From the NCBI GenBank assembly GCA_946480935.1, contig CAMLLT010000001.1:1889-65888 (forward strand): a DNA stretch of 64,000 bases, read 5' to 3'. The translations under genes and the position numbers were made by a program. Position 1 is the stretch's first letter; every line of letters starts with the position of its first letter. Under the pieces are notes generated by a model that saw only the letters and a list, made by a program, of their open reading frames with translations, was not told where the DNA came from and made no database searches. The DNA comes from an uncultured Bartonella sp. Lineage in GTDB: Bacteria > Pseudomonadota > Alphaproteobacteria > Rhizobiales > Rhizobiaceae. Shown one piece after another: positions 30,824-42,208 of this stretch.

Positions 30824-32281
30824 TTAATTTGTCCGAGTTCCTTTATAGATGTTCACTTTCAGATCGCGTACTTTTTTGCGCAAGGTGTTGCGATTAAGCC
30901 CCAAAAGCTCTGCTGCTTTGATCTGGTTACCCTTTGTTGCCGTGAGGCACGCGAGAATAAGCGGGTATTCGACTTCTTCCAAAACCCTGTGATAAAGCCC
31001 TGCTGGTGGTAATTCTTCACCGAATGATGCAAAATATTTCTGCATATTCATTTCGACAGCTTCGGCGATTGTGACACGATCATTAACAGAAGCCGGATTA
31101 TGAGAATCATGATTTCCGGTTTCGTTTTTTAATTCTGTCTCAATAACATCAACCGCGATTTCTTCTTGCGGATAAAGAGCGGCAAGTCTGCGTACAAGAT
31201 TTTCCAATTCCCTGACATTGCCGGGCCAGGAATAGCGGCGTAACAGATCAAGCCCTTCATTGCTGATATGTTTCAAAGGCAAGCCGTCATCAGTTGCCAT
31301 TTTGAAGAAATGACGCACGAGATTTGGAATATCGTCAGCTCTTTCACGTAAAGCGGGAATGCGCAATGGTACGACATTAAGTCTATAAAACAGATCTTCG
31401 CGGAATTGTCCCTGATTGATAAGCTGATGCAAATCCTTGTTTGTTGCAGCAACAATTCTGACATCGGTCTTGATCGGTGTCCGCCCGCCAACGGTCATAT
31501 ATTCGCCCTGTTGCAGAACACGTAAGAGGCGGGTCTGCGCTTCCATGGGCATGTCGCCAATCTCGTCAAGGAACAATGTGCCCCCGTTTGCTTGTTCAAA
31601 ACGCCCGCTTGAACGCGTATTGGCACCGGTAAAGGCTCCTTTTTCATGACCGAATAATTCTGATTCAATGAGATCCTTAGGGATTGCTGCCATATTGATT
31701 GCGACAAACGGCCCTTTGCGGCGTCTGCCATATTCATGAAGTGCACGTGCGACAAGCTCTTTTCCTGTTCCTGACTCTCCGGTAATCATAACAGTAAGGT
31801 CAGTCTGCATCATGCGTGCAAGAATACGATAGATTTCCTGCATTGCAGGTGAACGCCCGACAAGTGGCATCGTGTCGTTCGTTTCTTCGGATTTTTGTTT
31901 TTCACTCTCGGGACGGGGTTCAACCATAGCGCGTCCGACAATATTAATCAGCTCTGACAGATCAAACGGTTTAGGCAGGTAATCATAGGCACCGGCTTCC
32001 GAAGCTTTGATGGCGGTCATAAAAGTGTTTTGTGCACTCATGACAATAACAGGAATTTCCGGACGCGCCTTTTTGATGCGGGGTATAAGATCAAATGCGT
32101 TTTCATCCGGCATAACGACATCGGTAATGACGAGATCCCCATCGCCATTGGCAATCCAACGCCATAGCATTGCTGCATTCGGCGCTACCCGCACATCATA
32201 GCCGGCTCGCGAGAGCGCCTGGTTGAGAACAGTGCGGATTGCCGCATCGTCATCGGCAACAAGTATCATCCCTTTGGTCAT
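30824..32281 (-). CDS. ntrC: Nitrogen regulation response regulator NtrC
   Basis: Receiver (ADDD, TDVVMP), AAA+ [14 protein letters not shown], Fis HTH; ATG 32281 overlaps the ntrB stop. Confidence 0.95.
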   Translation of the reverse strand: MTKGMILVADDDAAIRTVLNQALSRAGYDVRVAPNAAMLWRWIANGDGDLVITDVVMPDENAFDLIPRIKKARPEIPVIVMSAQNTFMTAIKASEAGAYDYLPKPFDLSELINIVGRAMVEPRPESEKQKSEETNDTMPLVGRSPAMQEIYRILARMMQTDLTVMITGESGTGKELVARALHEYGRRRKGPFVAINMAAIPKDLIESELFGHEKGAFTGANTRSSGRFEQANGGTLFLDEIGDMPMEAQTRLLRVLQQGEYMTVGGRTPIKTDVRIVAATNKDLHQLINQGQFREDLFYRLNVVPLRIPALRERADDIPNLVRHFFKMATDDGLPLKHISNEGLDLLRRYSWPGNVRELENLVRRLAALYPQEEIAVDVIETELKNETGNHDSHNPASVNDRVTIAEAVEMNMQKYFASFGEELPPAGLYHRVLEEVEYPLILACLTATKGNQIKAAELLGLNRNTLRKKVRDLKVNIYKGTRTN

Positions 32282-33408
32282 TGGCTTTCTCCGCTTGACT
32301 TTGGTTCTATCTCTTCCGGTCGCCACATGGGCAAGAGAACACGGAATATCGTCCTTCCCGGTTGTGACTCGCATTCAACGACCCCGCCATGGTCGTTCAC
32401 AAGTTTTGCAACAAGCGCAAGTCCGAGGCCGGATCCATTCGGTTTGCTGGTGATGAACGGGTCAAAAAGATTTTCCTGAATGTCTTTGGGAACGCCCGGT
32501 CCATTATCTTCGACACAGAATTCCATAGGCAATGTGACTTTATCATGCCGCCCTTGCACAGAAAGCTTGATGCCCGGCCGATAGGAGGATGTCAGTGTTA
32601 TCGTGGCGTCCTTCACATTTTCCAGTGCTTCTGTCGCGTTTTTAACAAGATTGAGGAAAATCTGGATAAGCTGGTCGCGGTTGGCATAGACCGGTGGCAA
32701 TGATGGATCATATTTTTCAATAAATTTGATCTTTTTTGCAAACCCGCTTTGCGCCAGCCTTTTTACGTGATCAAGCACTGTATGGATATTGACAGGAAAA
32801 CGTTCGATTGGACGTTCATCAGAAAACACTTCCATACGATCGACCAGAGCAACGATACGATCTGTTTCATCGGTAATCAAACGTGTGAGTTGCCGGTCAT
32901 CATCGCTGACGACACTTTCAAGAAGTTGCGCAGCACCACGAATACCTGAAAGCGGGTTTTTTATTTCATGGGCAAGCATTGAAGCAAGGCCGGTCACCGA
33001 ACGGGCAGCCCCTCTATGGGTCATCTGCCGGTCAAGCTTTTCAGCCATGGATTTTTCCTGAAACAACACAACGACACTTCCTGGAATTTCCGGTAGTGGC
33101 TGAACAAAAATATCCACGAGCTTGTCATAACCGAGTTTTGGTGATGATAAATCGACATGATATTCATTGACCGGTTTGGGTTTTTCTCTCACCTGATTGA
33201 TAAGCGAGAGAAGAGGGCTGCCAAAGGGCAAGAATGTTTCAAGCTTGTTTCTTGCCAATACAGAAGAACTCGCCTTGAAGAATTGTTCGGCATCGGCATT
33301 GGCATAGGATATACTATTATCCTTGTCGACAAGGATAACCGGATGTCGGACAGCATCAAGCACCAGTCTTGCAAGATTTTGTTCAGAATTTTTTGCTTTT
33401 TGTTGCAT
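32278..33408 (-). CDS. ntrB: Nitrogen regulation sensor kinase NtrB
   Basis: [24 protein letters not shown]1/F/G2 boxes. Confidence 0.95.
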   Translation of the reverse strand: MQQKAKNSEQNLARLVLDAVRHPVILVDKDNSISYANADAEQFFKASSSVLARNKLETFLPFGSPLLSLINQVREKPKPVNEYHVDLSSPKLGYDKLVDIFVQPLPEIPGSVVVLFQEKSMAEKLDRQMTHRGAARSVTGLASMLAHEIKNPLSGIRGAAQLLESVVSDDDRQLTRLITDETDRIVALVDRMEVFSDERPIERFPVNIHTVLDHVKRLAQSGFAKKIKFIEKYDPSLPPVYANRDQLIQIFLNLVKNATEALENVKDATITLTSSYRPGIKLSVQGRHDKVTLPMEFCVEDNGPGVPKDIQENLFDPFITSKPNGSGLGLALVAKLVNDHGGVVECESQPGRTIFRVLLPMWRPEEIEPKSSGESQ

Positions 33409-33410
33409 CG

Positions 33411-34397
33411 TCAGGCTGCCTTTTCCGGATTACCCAAATCTCTTGAAAATATCGAATTCAACAATGTCAGAACCTGTTCCGGCTTACGTGAAGTCATAAT
33501 TTCCTGCCGCTCTTCATTGCTATAGAAGCCCTTGGCGTGTTTGTTCAGATACCAGTCGAGATGTTTTCGGGCGTGGCGCACACCGGTATTTTCGCCATAA
33601 TAGTCGAGCATTGCGCGATAATGGTCGCAAATATAATGGCCGAGATTCTGACAGAAGGGATGGCCTGCGATTTCTCCTGCCAACCATGGTGCACCATAGC
33701 TTGCCCGCCCGATCATGACGGCATCAGCGCCAGAACGACGCAGGCACTCTTCCGCTTGCTTAAGATTGCCGATATCGCCATTTGCTACCATCGGAATCGA
33801 AATAACATCGCGAACTTTTTTCAAAGCATCCCAATCGGCTTGACCGTTATAAAATTGCATTCTGGTGCGGCCATGTACTGTAATCATGGAAATGCCGGCT
33901 GCTTCAGCCATTTTTGCCAGTTCCGGCGCATTGATTGTTGTTTCATCCCATCCAAGCCGCATTTTGAGCGAAACGGGAATTCTTGCTACTTTTAGAACCG
34001 CTTCGATCAAGGACATGGCAAGTTTCAAGTCGCGCATAAGGGCAGCACCGGAATATCCGCCGATAACCTTTTTGGCCGGACACCCCATATTGATATCAAT
34101 CATATCGGCATGATTATCCTGAACAATTTCGGTTGCTCTTGCCATCCATTCCGGCTCGCGACCGGCAAGCTGTACAACGTGTTGTGGGAGACCTTTGCCA
34201 TTTATGCGCATTTGGCTTTCAACCGCGCCGGAACATAATTCCGCACTCGCCACCATTTCCGAAACCACCATGCCAGCACCGGCACACCAACTTCTTTGGC
34301 GGAAAGGCAAATCGCTCACACCCGACATAGGAGCAAGAAAGACGCGGTTTCTAAACTCGATATTGCCAACTTTGAGAGGTGTGGAAAGAAAGGTCAA
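33411..34397 (-). CDS. dusB: tRNA-dihydrouridine synthase DusB (NifR3)
   Basis: [30 protein letters not shown]; upstream of ntrBC. Confidence 0.95.
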   Translation of the reverse strand: MTFLSTPLKVGNIEFRNRVFLAPMSGVSDLPFRQRSWCAGAGMVVSEMVASAELCSGAVESQMRINGKGLPQHVVQLAGREPEWMARATEIVQDNHADMIDINMGCPAKKVIGGYSGAALMRDLKLAMSLIEAVLKVARIPVSLKMRLGWDETTINAPELAKMAEAAGISMITVHGRTRMQFYNGQADWDALKKVRDVISIPMVANGDIGNLKQAEECLRRSGADAVMIGRASYGAPWLAGEIAGHPFCQNLGHYICDHYRAMLDYYGENTGVRHARKHLDWYLNKHAKGFYSNEERQEIMTSRKPEQVLTLLNSIFSRDLGNPEKAA

Positions 34398-34404
34398 TCA
34401 TTCA

Positions 34405-34421
34405 TGCCTTTTTGTTGTGCA
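34405..34421 (-). promoter_or_regulatory. Candidate NtrC-binding site just upstream of dusB
   Basis: Minus strand TGCAC-N7-AGGCA, resembling the 17-bp NtrC palindrome. Confidence 0.45.
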
Positions 34422-34665
34422 ATTTTAAAAACGCCTAATCTTTTATCATTTTATCTATAAAAGGCAATGCTAAGGGGATAATTTCGCTGTAAAAATCGAC
34501 TTTTATCTATCGGAAATAATGGCGTGAAAAAACGGGGTGTTAAATATAAATTGAAATGCGCAAACGAATTGGACATTGTAAAATGAAAAAAGCTTATTGA
34601 AAAAATCGAAAAGCTGTATCAATTTTGGGCTATAAGACCGCAATATTTTTGAAGGGATAGAGATT

Positions 34666-35268
34666 ATGAAATTGTATTTTGCCCCCGGTGCCTGTTCACT
34701 CTCTCCACATATCGTAGCGCTGGAAGCCGGAATACCAATCACACTTGAAAAGGTTGACTTGGCCAAAAAGAAAACGGCGAGTGGCAAAGATTATTTGACT
34801 GTTACTCAAAAAGGCTATGTTCCGGCGCTCGAGCTTGATGATGGCCGGGTTATTACCGAAGGTCCCGCTATTGTTCAATATCTGGCCGATCTCAAACCCG
34901 AAAAGAATTTGGCTGAAAAACCGGGCACATTCGAGCGGGCAAAAGTACAAGAATGGTTAAATTATATTGCGACCGAACTTCACAAAGGTTTTGGACCGCT
35001 TTTCCACCCAGGTTCGGAGGAAGAAAAAAAGGCTGCCAAGACAAAGCTTATCCAGAGGCTAGTCTATGCAGAAAAACAGCTTGAAAATTCCGAGTTTGTT
35101 GCAGGTAGTCATTTCACTGTTGCCGATGCCTATCTTTTCACTGTTTTGACATGGTGCAAATTTGTGGGAATTGATCTTCTCGATATGCCGGCCTTGTCTT
35201 CCTACATGGAAAAAATAAATAATCGCGATAGCGTCAAAAAGGCTTTTGCTGACGAAAAGGCTGCTTGA
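34666..35268 (+). CDS. gstA: Glutathione S-transferase, beta class
   Basis: MKLYFAPGACSLSPHI, KGYVPAL, TEGPAIVQYL, ATELHK, FTVADAY. Confidence 0.92.
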   Translation: MKLYFAPGACSLSPHIVALEAGIPITLEKVDLAKKKTASGKDYLTVTQKGYVPALELDDGRVITEGPAIVQYLADLKPEKNLAEKPGTFERAKVQEWLNYIATELHKGFGPLFHPGSEEEKKAAKTKLIQRLVYAEKQLENSEFVAGSHFTVADAYLFTVLTWCKFVGIDLLDMPALSSYMEKINNRDSVKKAFADEKAA

Positions 35269-35351
35269 TAAAGGATTAAAGTAGGCGGGAAATAATCGCA
35301 AAAGCAGAATAAATATTCTGCGCAACTTGTTGCAAGAGTTTTCAAGGGGAA

Positions 35352-35390
35352 GAAAAGCCTGCTTTTGACCGAGTGTCTGGCAGGCTTTTC
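35352..35390. terminator. Putative intrinsic terminator after gst
   Basis: gaaaagcctgc-N17-gcaggcttttc. Confidence 0.5.
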
Positions 35391-35725
35391 ATTTGGGAAA
35401 TTTTCCCTTTCCATAATACCCTCTTTCATAAGAAATTTATGGTATCCCAACCATGCACGTTCGTCCGATTTTAACTATTATTGAAAGACGGTCCTATTGC
35501 CAAATTGCTGCTGATATCTTTTCAGCATCTGATGAGGCAGTGCGGGTTCAGTAATTGCGGGAACGAGTTATAACTTTTTCACACATAAGGACATTTCTTT
35601 AGGACACTATTTGGCTGTTTATTGCCGTTATCGCTGCAGACAATGATGAATGAGTGACTTTTTCCGGTATGAAATGAAGTTTCCTCTTGAACTCGGAGTC
35701 TTTCCCGTTATATTGCAGCCTCGCT

Positions 35726-35815
35726 GGAGAGGTGGCCGAGTGGTTGAAGGCGCACGCCTGGAACGCGTGTATACGGGCAACCGTATCAAGGGTTCGAATC
35801 CCTTTCTCTCCGCCA
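35726..35815 (+). tRNA. tRNA-Ser (anticodon GGA)
   Basis: GGAGAGGTGGCCGAGTGG...CACGCCT-GGA-ACGCGTG, long variable arm, GGTTCGAATCC, CCA end. Confidence 0.97.
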
Positions 35816-36225
35816 TTATAGTCAAAAAAATTTATATAAAATAATAATCTATATTACTTTTGTATCTTTCTATCCCCCATTTCATCCCCCAACTAAATTG
35901 CAAAGGCAATGTGTTAAGTAGGTTAACAAAAGCTTACATGTTGAAGTTATTTAGCGAAAAAATGTACTGGTTCATTAAACACCTAATTCGGATAATAGAA
36001 AAATTTATCTATTGATATAATTTTATATATAATTTTTTTCGACATGACTATTTAATTAAAATAGATTATAATAATTAATTATTGTATTTTATTTTTTTAC
36101 ATTAAAATAAATAAAAATATGTTATAAACTCGATGTAAAATTACTTTATAGAATATAATTAATAGAAGTGAATTATATATAATAAAATAAAGAATTGACA
36201 AAACATTATTAATTAACACATAATT

Positions 36226-37740
36226 CTATATCTTTAGAACAAGATTATTAATACGATCCAATAATTCAGGTTCGAACTCCTTAACAGGCATGTTTGAAAT
36301 ATCTTGTTCTAAGCGTTTAGCCTGTACGTTGACAAGAGTCTTCATGCCCCAGTCACTTAAACATTCCATCATTAACATTTCCCATAATGTTTGCGATCGG
36401 GGAGAGTTACTGTTTGACCTAGAGTTTTCTAAGAGGCTGATTGCTTCATCTAATCGACCATTATTAGCTTTATCACGAGCTTGACGAACGATTTGTTGCA
36501 TTTCTGTGTCGATCATTTCGTTGCTTGCTGCGAGTCTCTGGTGAGCATTTGAAACTTTACCTCCCTCCAACCATTCTTTAACTTCATCTGGCACAAATGG
36601 GGTAGCATTTGAGAATTGGAGTTGAGATATCCAGTCAAATTTTGAATAAAATCTATAGGTTTCATCCAAAATAGCGTCTGCAACATAAATGCGCTCACAT
36701 ATGGCTGCTAATTTATATGCAAGATATTGCCCTTCGATCCAAAAAGGCTGAATATTGCAACTTCGTTCCAATTTTTGGACAATTCCGGTATCCATTGGTC
36801 CACGTTGAGCTGCCACACGGTATTCTTCAAGTGCATTAGCCGACACAGGTTGGATAACGGTTTTATTATCGTCTTTTCTCTTTCGTTCTGGAGCATTATG
36901 AATGCCAAACCACGTCGAAAAGCGCCGTAAACGATAAGAAAGCGGATTCGCAACATCGAAAGTTAGAATAAAGTCGGCTACACTATTTAAACTTTGTTTA
37001 AGGCTTCTTTCGTGACGGGCATCAAGTGTCAAGTTTTCTGGATGGAGTTCGATTACCAAATCGTTAGAGTCATTTTTATCCTTCACTTCTAGTACAGGTT
37101 TGGTTTTTATCGGCTCTTTTAGAATCTTTTCTAACGATGGTAGTCCGCTATCCTCGTTTAATAGTGCAGAGACTTCAACACGATTGCTCAGCACAATCAT
37201 TTTTTGTGCAAGTTCTGCATCATATTGTTCTATGAAATTGGCAATTTGTTTTAATTTCTTTGAAACAAGATCAATATGCTCTTGTTTCGTTTCTTGCGCC
37301 AAAGATATCTCGACTATGTGCTCCATGGCGTCAACGATTTTACGAAATACCGTCAGTCTTTTTTCTTTTGATGGATATGCCAAGTTACCCCATAAATCAA
37401 AAAATCTGAACGTAATCATTGCAGCCAATGTCAATGGATCTTTATATTTTTTTAAATGAGGAAGACATAGCAATATATAACATAGAAGGCGAAAGTCTTT
37501 TGCTTCTCCTTTAAGCAATAAATTACACTCATCACAAACCCACTCCCAACGAATTGAGCTTTGATTAAGCGTACCACGCTTCATCATCTCGCTCATAATT
37601 TCGTCAAAAGTATCATTTTCCTCAAGATCGGTTCCTTGTGGTGGTGAGTTGGTAAGTTCTGACCCGATGCTGTGATAGAGTGGATCATTATCAACCCACT
37701 CTACACCGGTAAGTGCATTGAAAGATTTATTAGCCACCAT
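36226..37740 (-). CDS. tssA: T6SS TssA, VasJ-type
   Basis: ImpA_N (KDFRLLCY), VasJ motifs SYRLRR..TW, PFWIEGQ, FSNATPF..W. Confidence 0.8.
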   Translation of the reverse strand: MVANKSFNALTGVEWVDNDPLYHSIGSELTNSPPQGTDLEENDTFDEIMSEMMKRGTLNQSSIRWEWVCDECNLLLKGEAKDFRLLCYILLCLPHLKKYKDPLTLAAMITFRFFDLWGNLAYPSKEKRLTVFRKIVDAMEHIVEISLAQETKQEHIDLVSKKLKQIANFIEQYDAELAQKMIVLSNRVEVSALLNEDSGLPSLEKILKEPIKTKPVLEVKDKNDSNDLVIELHPENLTLDARHERSLKQSLNSVADFILTFDVANPLSYRLRRFSTWFGIHNAPERKRKDDNKTVIQPVSANALEEYRVAAQRGPMDTGIVQKLERSCNIQPFWIEGQYLAYKLAAICERIYVADAILDETYRFYSKFDWISQLQFSNATPFVPDEVKEWLEGGKVSNAHQRLAASNEMIDTEMQQIVRQARDKANNGRLDEAISLLENSRSNSNSPRSQTLWEMLMMECLSDWGMKTLVNVQAKRLEQDISNMPVKEFEPELLDRINNLVLKI

Positions 37741-37741
37741 A

Positions 37742-40700
37742 TTACAATTGCTCCGGCAATTTCATGGAAGTCAATGGGCGAATAACAAAAGGATTTTTAT
37801 CTGTTGCTGACATTTTGATACGGTATTTTACTTGCCCGCCATCTACATTGAATACAAGATCTGCACTGTCAGGATTTACCTTCACAACTGTTGTCTGATC
37901 GAAAAGTCTAAAACTTGACCATAAACCGGAGTAAGAAATCGATCCCGATCGCGATGTACTTATCTGGCTGATATCTTGTTGGCTCGACAGCGCATTCGGC
38001 CAGAGAATCGAAATTGGCCGGCTTGCTCCGTGACTGTAAGGAACCAGTTGCCCTTCAAGATTTAGAACTGCTCTCGAAATATTGCCACTCATCGTTACAG
38101 GTTCAACGGTGTAACGTAATGTTGGCACACCATCTGAGTTAAAGAAAATATCCCGAATAGCTCTAATTTTTCCTATTTGATTGATAAAATTCTCGCTTAC
38201 ACTTAGACTCTGCCCGTCGATTAAAATCGGTGAACCATTATAAGGATTGATGAATGTTTTTAAATGATCGTTAAAGAACTTATCAAATTCACCCTCAGGT
38301 CCAAAGAATCTCTGGAATTCCTGCAGAGATACTTCTTCTTTACTGTTAGTATTAAATGGATAACGACCAGCAAGTTCAACATTATAAGTTCTATAAACTC
38401 CGTTTTGCCAGACAGATTGCAGATCTATCTTTGCTGCATAAAGTATAACGTTCCAACTATGGTTTGCTATCTGATCATAAAATTTATCGAACGGCTTAGG
38501 AAGATTACCACCAGTACGCCTTAATACGAAAATAGGGTCATCACCTTGTAACTTGGCACGTTCCTGTGCACGTTCAAGTGCAATCGGCTTACTTGATTGT
38601 TGGCCACTCAATATACCACGCAAGTAACCTTCCATACCTGATAGATCGGTCATCATCTCCTCAAGTGGTTGCCTCTGGCCTTCACGAGCACTCACTAGAG
38701 CCGAAAGATCAGCAAAAGCACGTGCTATGCGCAAACCATGCTCGCGATTAGGATCGAACGCGATTTCGGTTTTCGACTGCTTTTCGTCTGTGTCTATCGG
38801 CTCAGCCGGATAGATTTCTGTTTCTGATTTTATAAGATTCAGCATTCGTCCGAATGGATTTGAAGGTCCGTTAATTTCTGACAGAACCAACGTTGCATGA
38901 TCTACATTCTTAAATTCAACGATGTTGAGATTATTAATTAAAGATGACCAATAATTGATATAATCTGTCGCGTAGGAATGGCGTATCTTGTCCATAAATG
39001 CTTGAAGGTCTTCCTCCGAATAGCGAACGCGCTCCCGTTCGCCCGTTACCCATGCATCTTCTACTGCGATAATTGATAAATCTTTGCTCTTCGGTACAAA
39101 GAAATCAAGAAAACCTCGTTTAGTGAAGAAGTAAGGTACAGTAACATCGCCTTTTGTTGTTTCATCGTCGCCATTCTGGACAAAAACAACGTCAAAACTC
39201 GGTCCTAACGCGTTACGTAAACTTAGACCGTTTGGCACTTGACGAAGCGCCAATGTCTTCAAACCTCTGTAGAGGCGAACGTCACGAGGGACTTCACGCA
39301 AAGCAGTTTGTGTATCTGTTACAAGTGCTTGGTCGATAGGGGATGCAATTCTATTAGTGTTTAAAGCATATTCAAGGTGTTTGGCCAAATCATTTTGGAC
39401 TTCTCTTTTTCCCTCAAACCTTTTTTGCCAATTTTTCTGCATCCATGCTAAAATAGCAACTTTACCCAAAGAACTTGTATTGTCACTGGCATCAAGTTCC
39501 TTCCGACGTTGTATATCTCCAAGCAAAAGATAGACGCGTAGCGCGTCAAGTCGTTCATCACTGTTGTAGGTTTCGGGATTTTTCCCAAGTCTAACAATTT
39601 CATTTTTAATTTTATCTGAAAGGCTAGGTAAAAATCGCTCGCGCAAAAGGTCTTCATAGGCCTTTTGTACTTCCGGTCCAACTCTGCGCCCTTGATAAAG
39701 AGCGGAAAAACGTCGAACGCTACTTTTATCTTCCCATCCGGGGTATTCATTATTGGCAGATGATATCGCCTCCAAAGCTGGCAAGAATTGAACTTCACTC
39801 CCAATTATACTTGCGTCACGTGGGAGATTGATAAAATCTCTACTGGCTCTTAAAACGTTATCGGCGCGATGTGTGTTATCACTCATCGTTTCATTTAGAA
39901 CAAATCCCAGTCCAAGTAAGACAAGTACACTTCCCAAAATTGTGCTTCTCAGCACTAGCCGCTTGTGATGCTCTACTTTATGATTGTCTCCTGCTAAACC
40001 GGCTTCTTTGAAAATTACATTGTTAAACAATTTTTTTGTAAAATAGGTTGCCGTGTTTCCGGCATAGGCTGACATGACGGGTGGATTAATATGGTATTCG
40101 TTAGATATCTTTGTCAGGAGTGCATTAAAAGGTACTCCTTCCTGCATGGTTGATACATAATAGATACCGCGCACCATCGGAGGGGTTGAAAAACGGTCTG
40201 ACAATAATGCTTTATGAAAAAAATTGGTAACGATTTGACCGGAGGCAGCTAGCTCTCGTAAAAATGAATAAATATTTTTGCGAATTTCGGTGTCTCTGTT
40301 CGCATTGAAGCGATCAATTAACTGTTGGTTAGAAAAGTTTATAAAACGTGAAAATTCTTTTTCAAAATCTTCAACCCACTTATCTGCATCAATTTCACTA
40401 TAAACAGGAAACGAAAAACCAAAAGGTTCATGGCGTTCAGTCGTTGACATATAATTGAAATAATCGGTAAAGCCAGCTAGCTTATCAAGCTTTGTCAAAA
40501 CTACATGCACCGTGAAACGCGTTCCAAGCCGATCAGCTATATCGACCAGACGAGCATGGATATTCATCGCTGCCGCATTTCGTTCTTCGTTGCTCATGCG
40601 TATGAGTGAGCCAATTTCTATAGTTAATATTACGCCATTGATTGGACGACGTGGACGCACCTCGTTCAAAAGATCAGTAAAAGCATTCCAAAGTTGCCGT

Positions 40701-41395
40701 CGTCCTTCTTTAGGGGGAAGTTTGATAACTGGAACATTAGGATCAATGTTTTCTGAATCAAACATGTCAAGTGATATAGGTAATTTCATATCCAACCACG
40801 ATCCGGGGATATCAAACAGAACACTCTCACGGGTCACCCAATATTGCGGCAACTCTCGATTAATTGATTCACTAAGGAGATCGTCTTTCAATTCGTGAGC
40901 CAGTGGAAAGTTTAAGTCAGAATCTAAAATCAAGGAGGTTTTTCCAGATTCTGACGGGCCTATCACCAGGTACCAAGGCATAGCATAAAGTGTCCGACCA
41001 CCGCTATCCTTGCCTGTCCATTTGTCTTTGATAACTCGCATAGTTGAGTGAAATGATTTACGTAAAATGGCAATCAATTCTTCCACAGGTGCACGAGGTT
41101 TAATTTCGTCATCAAATTGTCGTTTTGTCTTTTTTCGGGATGTTGTGCGTGCAAGAAAGTAATTGTTAATGCCCCATAAAATGAAAAGTACACCTATAGT
41201 GATAACTCTATTTGAAATTGGCCGTAGCGGAGCGTATTCCAAATACTGGAATTGAGGGCCATAAAACCAAACCAAACAAGAAATTATAACTAATAAAATT
41301 GTGCTTACAAAGATGCCCGACCTAACAACACGTGCTATCAAACGAGTAAATGTTGTGATCCGGCTTAAAAATGAAGTGGCTCCAGAAACCTGCAT
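37742..41395 (-). CDS. tssM: T6SS membrane complex TssM (IcmF)
   Basis: N-terminal TMs, LYAMPWYLVIGPSESGKT, RPRRPINGV, TKLDKLAGF, RYPF, F.RFFGP.G. Confidence 0.95.
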   Translation of the reverse strand: MQVSGATSFLSRITTFTRLIARVVRSGIFVSTILLVIISCLVWFYGPQFQYLEYAPLRPISNRVITIGVLFILWGINNYFLARTTSRKKTKRQFDDEIKPRAPVEELIAILRKSFHSTMRVIKDKWTGKDSGGRTLYAMPWYLVIGPSESGKTSLILDSDLNFPLAHELKDDLLSESINRELPQYWVTRESVLFDIPGSWLDMKLPISLDMFDSENIDPNVPVIKLPPKEGRRQLWNAFTDLLNEVRPRRPINGVILTIEIGSLIRMSNEERNAAAMNIHARLVDIADRLGTRFTVHVVLTKLDKLAGFTDYFNYMSTTERHEPFGFSFPVYSEIDADKWVEDFEKEFSRFINFSNQQLIDRFNANRDTEIRKNIYSFLRELAASGQIVTNFFHKALLSDRFSTPPMVRGIYYVSTMQEGVPFNALLTKISNEYHINPPVMSAYAGNTATYFTKKLFNNVIFKEAGLAGDNHKVEHHKRLVLRSTILGSVLVLLGLGFVLNETMSDNTHRADNVLRASRDFINLPRDASIIGSEVQFLPALEAISSANNEYPGWEDKSSVRRFSALYQGRRVGPEVQKAYEDLLRERFLPSLSDKIKNEIVRLGKNPETYNSDERLDALRVYLLLGDIQRRKELDASDNTSSLGKVAILAWMQKNWQKRFEGKREVQNDLAKHLEYALNTNRIASPIDQALVTDTQTALREVPRDVRLYRGLKTLALRQVPNGLSLRNALGPSFDVVFVQNGDDETTKGDVTVPYFFTKRGFLDFFVPKSKDLSIIAVEDAWVTGERERVRYSEEDLQAFMDKIRHSYATDYINYWSSLINNLNIVEFKNVDHATLVLSEINGPSNPFGRMLNLIKSETEIYPAEPIDTDEKQSKTEIAFDPNREHGLRIARAFADLSALVSAREGQRQPLEEMMTDLSGMEGYLRGILSGQQSSKPIALERAQERAKLQGDDPIFVLRRTGGNLPKPFDKFYDQIANHSWNVILYAAKIDLQSVWQNGVYRTYNVELAGRYPFNTNSKEEVSLQEFQRFFGPEGEFDKFFNDHLKTFINPYNGSPILIDGQSLSVSENFINQIGKIRAIRDIFFNSDGVPTLRYTVEPVTMSGNISRAVLNLEGQLVPYSHGASRPISILWPNALSSQQDISQISTSRSGSISYSGLWSSFRLFDQTTVVKVNPDSADLVFNVDGGQVKYRIKMSATDKNPFVIRPLTSMKLPEQL

Positions 41396-41407
41396 CTGTA
41401 TTGCTCC

Positions 41408-42208
41408 CTACCAATGACAGGCTAGCCGCAAAGGCCTGAGCCGGTCTTTAAGATCGTTCATGTCAAAAACAAATGTGCGAGATCCTTCAGGATAATTGAC
41501 CTGAAGTTGTACACGTGAATAATTGCTAATAGTTTTTATCGTGGCGATGCTTTCTAAACCTCGGCCGGCAATCACCACCGTCCCGTTTTCCACGTCACGC
41601 CAATTAAGCTTAAACGTGCTTCCACTGTTGGATGACAGAAGCAAATTTGCCTGCAATGTTTTGATAGGCTTAGGTAGTAAGACGGCCAAAGTTGTGATAT
41701 CATTTTCACAACTTAACATCATGATTGCGTTGTCAACATTCGCGTTATCTAGAAGATTGTTACTGTTTCTTATTGTCATGAAGATATCAACTGTTTGAGC
41801 AGTCCATTCATGGTCTGGGCCGCCTCTATGTTCGGTTGGCTTTTCTTTACCGTTCAGCATTGAATTATAATCGTTATCGGTGAGCAACATCGTTTCTTGC
41901 CAAGGACGAGCTCTCATGATCCAATTCATATCCCCTTCACTGCGTTGACGCTCAAGCGTTTCCGCCATGATACGAATTGGTCCCGCAATATTCTTTGTTT
42001 TATTTTCGACGTTAGTTGTTTTCTCTTTATTCACAGGACTTTTGTAAACTTCATCAAAACATAATAGACGCTGCACGCGATCGCTGATTTCAATGCACTT
42101 TTTCCCTTCGCGCCCTAGTATAGCTTCGTCAGCCATTGCGTTGTTATTTAAAAGGCTCGTTGATAAGATGAATGCGTTTAAGGCTATAAATTTATTCCAA
42201 TTTTTCAT
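41408..42208 (-). CDS. vasI: T6SS-associated VasI/TagO-like exported protein
   Basis: Signal peptide, C....RVQRLLCFD, MLSCENDIT, GRGL.SI, C-terminal LRLACHW. Confidence 0.75.
   Translation of the reverse strand: MKNWNKFIALNAFILSTSLLNNNAMADEAILGREGKKCIEISDRVQRLLCFDEVYKSPVNKEKTTNVENKTKNIAGPIRIMAETLERQRSEGDMNWIMRARPWQETMLLTDNDYNSMLNGKEKPTEHRGGPDHEWTAQTVDIFMTIRNSNNLLDNANVDNAIMMLSCENDITTLAVLLPKPIKTLQANLLLSSNSGSTFKLNWRDVENGTVVIAGRGLESIATIKTISNYSRVQLQVNYPEGSRTFVFDMNDLKDRLRPLRLACHW

Noticed and set aside
32282-32374. N-terminal extension of NtrC in the ORF track
   Set aside because: It lies inside ntrB; the ATG at 32281 gives the usual ATGA coupling and starts at the receiver domain.
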